64,000 nt of DNA from Clostridia bacterium. Lineage in GTDB: Bacteria > Bacillota > Clostridia > Oscillospirales > CAG-272. The stretch spans positions 12,067 to 76,066 of the forward strand of contig JAFUOH010000017.1 of assembly GCA_017482055.1 (NCBI GenBank), given 5' to 3'. How positions within the stretch are numbered: the stretch's first letter is position 1; each line of letters opens with the position of its first letter. Of the stretch, positions 57,881-64,000 are shown in pieces. The translations under genes and the position numbers were made by a program. The notes under the pieces were generated by a model. That model saw only the letters and a program-made list of their open reading frames with translations, was not told the origin of the DNA and made no database searches.

Positions 57881-58149
57881 TGTTGTAAGTCTCCTTTCGT
57901 TTTATTTTTTTTAGTTCGAAGCTAAACAATCGGTACGATTGCTGCCGTCAGCGTAAGCTGATGTGATGTATTCACACACAGCTGAATATACCTATAATTG
58001 CTCGTTAATAAGGTACGCTTTTGGGGGTGCAAAAAATAATTTATTCTTGCTCTATACCCATATCAAAACTGTTCGATCGCCCGGGTGGGCGATTCGAACA
58101 GAATAGCCAGACGGAGACCGCCTGGCTGAAATAATGTATGGAAAAAGAT

Positions 58150-58443
58150 TTAGGCTTCGCTGTTTGCTTCCACTTCTTCTTCATAGGCTTCGATTGCTTC
58201 AACGAGAATCTTTGCCTGCAAAGCGGATGACAGCTTCACCAAGGGGAAGTACGCTTGTTTATGTGTCTTGGTAGACGTGTACTCGGTACAAGGATAAAAG
58301 AGCTTGTAGCTCTTTGCCTTTTCTGCATAGACCAACTTGCAGTTGTTGATTTCTATTTCATCATTGATACAAATGGTCATCGTGGCTACCAAGGACTTGA
58401 TGTTAACGTGTTTAAGATTTTTTACTTCAATGTAGTATTTCAT
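58150..58443 (-). CDS. SpoVG-like nucleic-acid-binding protein
   Basis: VATMTICINDEIEINNCKLV...FYP...YFPLV...LQAKILVEAIEAY follows the SpoVG beta-beta-beta-helix pattern; AAGGAG RBS. Confidence 0.6.
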   Translation of the reverse strand: MKYYIEVKNLKHVNIKSLVATMTICINDEIEINNCKLVYAEKAKSYKLFYPCTEYTSTKTHKQAYFPLVKLSSALQAKILVEAIEAYEEEVEANSEA

Positions 58444-58663
58444 TTTGAAACGCTCCTTTTCATTTATTTTTTTATACTATATCTTACTGTCGGGAATCCC
58501 GAATAATAAATAAAAAGTGTCGAACCCCGACGGCAAATGTGTTTGAGCAAAGAAGATGCACCCTTGCGGGTGCGTGTTCCGACCATTTTGTTTCTTACCA
58601 GTTAATTTCTTGCCCTTGTATTTGTTTGGATGGAGGATAATGAATGGCTCTACAGAGCCAAAC

Positions 58664-58798
58664 TCATATCGGAGGATTTTCCATATCCCCATATTCCTGC
58701 TCCATCAGCTCGACCCATTCGTTAAATGACTTCTCTAAGTATTCCTCGTCGAAGATTTCTTCTAACGCTTTGAGGTCTTCGGCACTCAATGTGAACAT
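58664..58798 (-). CDS. Unannotated 44-aa highly acidic protein
   Basis: GGAGGT RBS 7 nt before ATG; MFTLSAEDLKALEEIFDEEYLEKSFNEWVELMEQEYGDMENPPI*. Confidence 0.65.
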   Translation of the reverse strand: MFTLSAEDLKALEEIFDEEYLEKSFNEWVELMEQEYGDMENPPI

Positions 58799-58870
58799 CT
58801 CTATTACCTCCGATACGTCGTTATACTATATAGTAGTATTTTCTTCCGAGAAAAACCAATAAAAAGTGTC

Positions 58871-59239
58871 TTACCCCTCGTTTTTTATCTTTTGAAGCCA
58901 GAAAAGGTCAAAAGAGGACGTAAAACACAGCATAGCAAGCGGTTGGGTATCATCCTTACCGATTGCCTTGGCATACAGAGTCATCAGCTGGTAATAGACC
59001 TCCTGGTAATAAAGCAGCCTTGGGGAACAGTTCTCGAGAATGAAGATAGCCGACATCTTGCGGTGAACGTCCTCGGCTGTCTTTAAGAGCTTGTCTGCGT
59101 TCTGCTGGCAATAGCTTGGGTCGATACACTCTACGATAAAATCTGCTACCTCGTTAAGGTAATCTATATCTACCTCTGTTGGGCTGTAATGTGTTTCAAA
59201 ATATCTGTCGATTCGGTCTGCTTCTCTTTTAGTTAGCAT
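58871..59239 (-). CDS. Hypothetical protein (122 aa)
   Basis: AAGGAG RBS; same orientation as its neighbours; no recognised motif. Confidence 0.65.
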   Translation of the reverse strand: MLTKREADRIDRYFETHYSPTEVDIDYLNEVADFIVECIDPSYCQQNADKLLKTAEDVHRKMSAIFILENCSPRLLYYQEVYYQLMTLYAKAIGKDDTQPLAMLCFTSSFDLFWLQKIKNEG

Positions 59240-59341
59240 AGTAATTCTCCTTTCGTGAAAAATGGTGCTGCACCCGAGTACATCAAGCGCAGCACTTTGA
59301 AGTATGGGAAGCTGTATGTCCTTTTACAGCTCGTACACGCC

Positions 59342-60589
59342 CTAAATGACCTGCACTCTGTATGGCGGCATAAGACCTCTACCGTCAGCTCCCACAAGGA
59401 AGGGGAGCGCAACGCTACTTTTCTTCAATATGTTATATACTGCGTTCTGGTCTGCATTGATTTTGATTCCGTTCTCGCTCATATACATACCTCGGTGTAT
59501 TCGCTTACCCGAGAACTCGTGCCTTGCACCAGTGACGTGCTCGGGCAAGGGGTCGTTATCCAGAACACTGGCAAGGCTGGTGTAACACTCGTCCACAAGA
59601 ATCAGCTCTATACCGTGCTTCTTGCACTTACCTTCAAGAGCTGTCTTGAACCTGGCGAACGGAAAGAGGAAAAAGAGCTGATTGTTCATACCGAGGGAAT
59701 GATTCTCCCCCGAACCGTTGCCCTGGAAGTGTGTACCCCATCCGAGACAGAGCTTACCGATGCCGTGTTCAAGGCAATACCCGATGATATACGCGCTGCT
59801 CTTGCCAGCGAAATCGTTCACCCTATTGTACGTCCTGATTTTCAAGCGGTCGATTCGCTTGGTACGGTTTTTATGGCTGGCACGTCGCAGAACGGATAGA
59901 TACTTGCAATATCCTTGAAGAATGGACTTCAATCCCTTACCGTCAACTATGAAAGTCTCGCCCGTCAAGCTGTCGGCGCAGGTGGCGAAATTCACCATAC
60001 CAAGGTCGATGCCGAGCGCACGTGAGCGGTCAAGCTCTGCGTGGTGTACCGCTTCAACTGGATAGGTAATGATAAGCTCCCAATGGGTCATTTTGTGAAG
60101 CGGACGGACGGTTACCGTCTTAATGTCCTTATCCCTGTAACACTCTGGGATTTTGAGGAATATTTGTGGGGTCAGCCTTGTTGCTGGCAGCATTACGTAT
60201 CCGTCCTCGATGAAGGGCTGCTTTATCTCGATGGCTCTCGGCTCGTCGCGGAGCTTTGGGGGATAGAACTTGTCCAGATTCTTCTCTGTTATCGTTCTGT
60301 CCGACTTATTGAGAACGTACATATCCGTCGAGATATACTTCTTGAAATCCGCGATAGCCGAGCAGATGATGGCATAGTAGAACCCTGTTATATTCCTGTA
60401 TTCCTCGGAGTCCTTGATTAGCTGCTTGAGATTTTTGTAATCCAAAACCTCGCCCTTGTGCTCGTAGGTATCGATTATCTCCTGCATAGCTCGGTTGTAT
60501 AGCTGTCTGCTCATTACCGCGAGCTGCCCCAGATGCTCGGCTTGCTCCCTGGTCAGTGTGCTGAGATTGATTTTTGAACTGCCGTACAT
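59342..60589 (-). CDS. tnpB: TnpB-family RNA-guided endonuclease (rearranged RuvC-II, no Zn finger); no tnpA nearby
   Basis: SRQLYN, LGIDLG (RuvC-I), VDECYTS (displaced Glu), FSGKRIHRGMY, INADQN (RuvC-III); ATG at 60589 after AAGGAG. Confidence 0.88.
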   Translation of the reverse strand: MYGSSKINLSTLTREQAEHLGQLAVMSRQLYNRAMQEIIDTYEHKGEVLDYKNLKQLIKDSEEYRNITGFYYAIICSAIADFKKYISTDMYVLNKSDRTITEKNLDKFYPPKLRDEPRAIEIKQPFIEDGYVMLPATRLTPQIFLKIPECYRDKDIKTVTVRPLHKMTHWELIITYPVEAVHHAELDRSRALGIDLGMVNFATCADSLTGETFIVDGKGLKSILQGYCKYLSVLRRASHKNRTKRIDRLKIRTYNRVNDFAGKSSAYIIGYCLEHGIGKLCLGWGTHFQGNGSGENHSLGMNNQLFFLFPFARFKTALEGKCKKHGIELILVDECYTSLASVLDNDPLPEHVTGARHEFSGKRIHRGMYMSENGIKINADQNAVYNILKKSSVALPFLVGADGRGLMPPYRVQVI

Positions 60590-60661
60590 AGAAATGCTCC
60601 TTTCCTTTTTTATAATACTATAATTAATAATGTAGAAACATTCACAAAAACGGTCGAGGAC

Positions 60662-60690
60662 TTGATTTTTGTGTTGGTATGTGTTATAAT
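60662..60690 (+). promoter_or_regulatory. Sigma-A promoter for the lipoprotein gene
   Basis: TTGATT-N17-TATAAT with TG. Confidence 0.7.
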
Positions 60691-60740
60691 ATGTAAGAAA
60701 TACTATGATAGCTGTCATTTACAGACTGGAGATATATATA

Positions 60741-62459
60741 ATGAAGAAATTTGCTGCTATACTTGCCCTGCTCTTGCTCCTTTGCCTTGCGGCTTGTGAT
60801 GAAACAAATAACGCCGACGTTACAACAAACGCCGACGATACTGTTATTACCGATATTATTACTACTGCCCCCGAGACCGATGGTACAACTGCGCCCGAGA
60901 CTACCTCTGCGCCTGAAACCACAGTAGCTCCCGAGACTACCACTGCTCCCGAGACTACCACTGCTCCCGAGACTACTGCTACTCCTGAGACTACTGCTAC
61001 TCCTGAGACTACTGCTACTCCTGAGACTACTGTAGCACCCGAGACTACCGCTGCTCCCGAGACTACTGCCGAGCCCGAAGTGACCGAGCCGCCTCACGTT
61101 CACGAATACACCGATACCGTAACCGCGCCCACTTGCACAGAGGATGGATATACCAAGCACACCTGTGACATATGCGGTCACAGCTATACCGACAGCGAGA
61201 CCAAGGCGACAGGTCACACTTACACCCAAACCGTAATTCCTCCTACCTGCGACGAAAACGGCTATACTGTTCATACCTGTGCGTGTGGACACAGCTACAA
61301 GGACAACAAGGTGCAGAATCTTACACATCAGCACGTCGAGACCGTTGTTGAACCCACCACCGAAGCAGAGGGATATACTCTGCACACCTGCTCTCTCTGC
61401 GGCTACTCCTTCAAGGACAATTTCACAGAGAAGCTGCACGCTCATAAATATACCGATAAGGTAGTAAAGGCGACCTGCGAAAAGGGTGGCTATACTACCC
61501 ATACCTGCGCGTGCGGATATTCCTACACAGACAGCGAAACCAAAGCAACTGGTCACAAGTATACATCCAAGGTAACTGCGCCCACTTGCACCAAAGACGG
61601 ATATACCACCCATACCTGCACCTGCGGTCATTCCTACACCGACAGTGTGACTAAGGCTACTGGGCACAAGTATACCGACAAGGTAGTAAAGGCTACCTGC
61701 ACAAGCGAAGGCTATACTCTCCATACCTGCCAGTGTGGACACAGCTATACCGACAGCAAGACCAATGCTACTGGACATAGCTATACCTCCAATGTAATTG
61801 CGCCCACAACCACAGCTGAGGGGTATACTATCCACACCTGCCATTGCGGTGACAGTTACAAGGATAACTATGTGCCGAAGCTTCCAACTACGCCTGGACC
61901 TGGTGAGTGGACTAATACTGGTGGTGAAAACGATGGCACCTGGGATGGTCAGTCTGGTCAGAATGCTGGTCAGCTTCCAAGTGGTGAGTTCGTCGAAAAC
62001 AACACGCATAAGCGTCCCGCTTCTTTGAAGGATGGCGGAACTTGGGAAGAGTTCGATAGATATATCTACGAGACCTATAATTTGCGTTACTTCAATAATG
62101 GTATTGGCAAAACCATTGAAGGAATGCAGGGTACTGGTCAGAATGCTATTGCAACTCGTGACATTGAAGCTAACTCTATTCGCATTTATCAGTGGAGAAA
62201 GAGCTATGCGTCTGATGTCTCTACCAACAAAATGCTGAACGTTGTGCTCGAGACTTTCCTATTCATGACTGGAGATAAGGACGTCGCATATGCTCTCTTC
62301 TCGTGGAAGGATGCTGCTGAAATCAACAATGGAGCAGACTCTAATGACTTCGGTTTTAGAGATGTTAGACAAACATCTAATGGTTGGGTCATTGAAATGA
62401 ATGGTATTCAAATCGAAGTTGAATTCGGTAATGGGGAAACTATTTACTATTTCAACTAA
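60741..62459 (+). CDS. Surface lipoprotein: PET-rich stalk, 7 His/Cys repeats and an unknown C-terminal domain
   Basis: Lipobox LAAC; about 10 contiguous (A/T)PETTx hexapeptides; seven ~37-aa HxYxxxVxxxTCxxxGYTxHTCxCGxSY units. Confidence 0.85.
   Translation: MKKFAAILALLLLLCLAACDETNNADVTTNADDTVITDIITTAPETDGTTAPETTSAPETTVAPETTTAPETTTAPETTATPETTATPETTATPETTVAPETTAAPETTAEPEVTEPPHVHEYTDTVTAPTCTEDGYTKHTCDICGHSYTDSETKATGHTYTQTVIPPTCDENGYTVHTCACGHSYKDNKVQNLTHQHVETVVEPTTEAEGYTLHTCSLCGYSFKDNFTEKLHAHKYTDKVVKATCEKGGYTTHTCACGYSYTDSETKATGHKYTSKVTAPTCTKDGYTTHTCTCGHSYTDSVTKATGHKYTDKVVKATCTSEGYTLHTCQCGHSYTDSKTNATGHSYTSNVIAPTTTAEGYTIHTCHCGDSYKDNYVPKLPTTPGPGEWTNTGGENDGTWDGQSGQNAGQLPSGEFVENNTHKRPASLKDGGTWEEFDRYIYETYNLRYFNNGIGKTIEGMQGTGQNAIATRDIEANSIRIYQWRKSYASDVSTNKMLNVVLETFLFMTGDKDVAYALFSWKDAAEINNGADSNDFGFRDVRQTSNGWVIEMNGIQIEVEFGNGETIYYFN
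60891..61070 (+). repeat. 18-bp coding tandem repeat (~10 copies)
   Basis: (G/A)CTCC(C/T)GAGACTAC(C/T)NNN units. Confidence 0.9.
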
Positions 62460-62699
62460 TGTTCACAACAAATCGTAAACAATTACACTAAAGAAAATAC
62501 AGTTCGATTGGCAGAATCGAACGGGAATAACAAAAGATAGGAATTACAAAATGCAGCTGAGTTGCCTCATATTCTTAGTTGCAACTAAGGATCCGGCGTT
62601 TTTTGCGGTCAATCTTTAGTACCCTTGGCACATAACCTACTCCTTATGCTTCCTTCTGTTACCGATACAAAAGTGTAGAGCAGCAGAGGTTGCTCTTTA

Positions 62700-62815
62700 T
62701 AGAAGAATACCCCTCAGTCGATGTTGACTGAGGGGTATCTTGTTAGGGAAGACTTAACATCCGTTTTCCGACCAGAGCGTTTCCTGCCACGTTTTTTGCG
62801 CCCTTTTCGGGCGAT
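62700..62815 (-). ncRNA. Candidate ~110-nt small RNA
   Basis: Upstream TGaTAGAAT/TATAGT -10-like elements, a 5' hairpin CGCCC-GAAAA-GGGCG, and a strong 3' hairpin ATACCCCTCAGTC/GACTGAGGGGTAT followed by UCUUCU; no ORF. Confidence 0.4.
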
Positions 62816-62865
62816 TACTATATTCTATCAAAACGCCCTTCGGGATATTCCGTCAAGGTGTTCGA

Positions 62866-63816
62866 CTAAAGCAGATTTGCTGGGTCTACGTTCGAGAAGA
62901 TGTATCTCGACGTGTCGTACCACTTGAATGTGACTGCTCTGCGCACATCGTCTTCGGTCAGGTACTCTGGGTACTGAGCCATAGCTTTGCACACCTTGTT
63001 CTCGAAGTCTGGGTTCGCAGAGTAATGCGAGTGGATTGTGAAGATGGCTTCTGCGTTGTTTTGCAGAGTGTCCTCGATTACGCGCTTGGCTTCTATAAGG
63101 TTGTTCACAAAATACTCGGTTCGCCAGGTTCTTGCAAAATAAACATCAACCAGTGCTATCAGTCGTTCGCTGCCGTACTCGTTTCGCCTGAGAACCACGT
63201 TATTGAGATATATGTTTTTCTGCGAAACGGTGAACAGGTCTGGCTCTTTCGTAAGCTCCAGCTTATTGCCGCCAGCATAGGTACGGCTTGAATCTCTGCG
63301 CTTCTCCATTCGTTTCAGCTGGTATGTCAGTCCGTCGGTGCTGAATCCTCTGGCAAGAAAGGTTTCGTATAGTTTATTGAGCTGCCTTATGTGCGGCTCT
63401 CCTGTCGGCATATAGTATTGAAGCGAACCTCTTTCCATATCCTTGCGCATTGCCTTGGCTGGGTTCTCCTTTGCATAGTAGCCTTGGCTGAGATAGTTTT
63501 CAAACACCAATGCCGACAGCTTGATACGGATTGCGTTTATCTCATTCGGGCAGGTAATGCCGAAATAGTTGAGGGTACATAGGGTCACTTCAAGAATATT
63601 GTTAGCCGTGATGCGACGTTTGCGGAAGATTCTGGCTTCGATTAGGTCTTCCACCAGAATGGTGTTTGTATGGGTGTCGCTCTTATTATTGTTGAGCAGA
63701 CGGCACATCTGGCTCTGCGCCACACAGCCGCCAACTCGGACTACGCACCATAACAAGTCTTCATACTTATGAAGGAAGTAGTCTTGTATGACCTTTTCCT
63801 TTTCGCTCAGCATCAT
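62866..63816 (-). CDS. Hypothetical protein (316 aa), possible N-terminal winged helix
   Basis: GGGGTG RBS; directly downstream of the partial CDS at the window end; no recognised family. Confidence 0.7.
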   Translation of the reverse strand: MMLSEKEKVIQDYFLHKYEDLLWCVVRVGGCVAQSQMCRLLNNNKSDTHTNTILVEDLIEARIFRKRRITANNILEVTLCTLNYFGITCPNEINAIRIKLSALVFENYLSQGYYAKENPAKAMRKDMERGSLQYYMPTGEPHIRQLNKLYETFLARGFSTDGLTYQLKRMEKRRDSSRTYAGGNKLELTKEPDLFTVSQKNIYLNNVVLRRNEYGSERLIALVDVYFARTWRTEYFVNNLIEAKRVIEDTLQNNAEAIFTIHSHYSANPDFENKVCKAMAQYPEYLTEDDVRRAVTFKWYDTSRYIFSNVDPANLL

Positions 63817-63831
63817 AGCGCATCACCCCTT

Positions 63832-64000
63832 TTATTGACGGACAAATTCAAGGTGAGTGCCAAGAATTTCGGCAGCCGCCTCTTTAGCTTCGATTTGGTC
63901 TGTTCCGTAGTGGCTGTTGATGATTTCCACGCAAATCAGCTCTCCGCTCTCGGCGCGGTAAGCTCCGTCTGGCAAGCTGATTTCTCCGCGCTCCAATTTG
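63832..64000 (-). CDS. C-terminus of a putative PD-(D/E)xK-fold (replication-relaxation-like) protein, partial
   Basis: Manual translation: KLERGEISLPDGAYRAESGELICVEIINSHYGTDQIEAKEAAAEILGTHLEFVRQ* (PDG..VE..Y..K pattern). Confidence 0.5.
   Translation of the reverse strand, partial: KLERGEISLPDGAYRAESGELICVEIINSHYGTDQIEAKEAAAEILGTHLEFVRQ

Larger units (their letters stand above)
53322..64000. mobile_element. Left part of an integrative element (ICE/IME-like island) at tRNA-Thr(CGT); the right end is outside the window
   Basis: Disrupted tRNA, adjacent tyrosine integrase, visibly AT-richer sequence, and ArdC, ArdA-like, Toprim, SpoVG-like and TnpB genes. Confidence 0.85.

Noticed and set aside
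57885-57900. 15/16 match between the sequence downstream of tnpB (ACGAAAGGAGAATTAC) and the Toprim RBS region (ACGAAAGGAGACTTAC) as a guide-target pair
   Set aside because: Most of the match is the Shine-Dalgarno sequence, the omega-RNA boundary is undefined, and the putative guide lies beyond a terminator-like hairpin.
60891-61070. Possible CRISPR array near tnpB
   Set aside because: These are contiguous in-frame 18-bp coding repeats without unique spacers. I saw no repeat-spacer array anywhere in the window.
62700-62815. c-di-GMP-I riboswitch (GAAA hairpin followed by GCAAAA)
   Set aside because: It lacks the GGCAAAC P1/P2 junction and a recognisable tetraloop receptor, and no substantial gene follows; kept only as a generic sRNA candidate.

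Overview
Chromosomal segment of an anaerobic, probably gut- or rumen-associated Firmicute (Clostridia-like sigma-A promoters, SLH proteins, a T-box). Positions 1 to ~53.3 kb are mostly core genes: cdaA-cdaR, potABCD, a GH109 enzyme, a Trk/Ktr K+ system, a 2-oxoacid:ferredoxin oxidoreductase (vor) operon, a VTC-domain/DUF4956/CotH operon divergent from an OmpR-type two-component system, a fab/acc operon, two SLH proteins, a T-box-controlled Na+/solute symporter, alr, rpmE, hflX, yigZ, pckG and rsmA. From ~53.3 kb to the end lies the left part of an AT-richer integrative element at a tRNA-Thr(CGT) locus, encoding a tyrosine integrase, an HTH protein, ArdA-like and ArdC proteins, a Toprim protein, a SpoVG-like protein, a solo TnpB, a repeat lipoprotein and a putative PD-(D/E)xK protein. 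Main observations: (1) the promoter-proximal tRNA-Thr is split in its anticodon loop by a ~174-bp GTAAT-flanked insert whose only visible cargo is a complete, divergent tRNA-Thr(CGT) plus terminator; (2) the VTC/DUF4956/CotH module, a candidate polyphosphate-linked extracellular kinase system, has two mirror-image promoters with an identical TTTTCAG-N4-TTTTCAG-N10-TACAAT layout; (3) the island carries a repeated promoter motif, an unannotated 44-aa acidic protein, a candidate sRNA and an apparently immobile TnpB. All family calls come from motifs recognised by eye; no database searches or folding programs were run.
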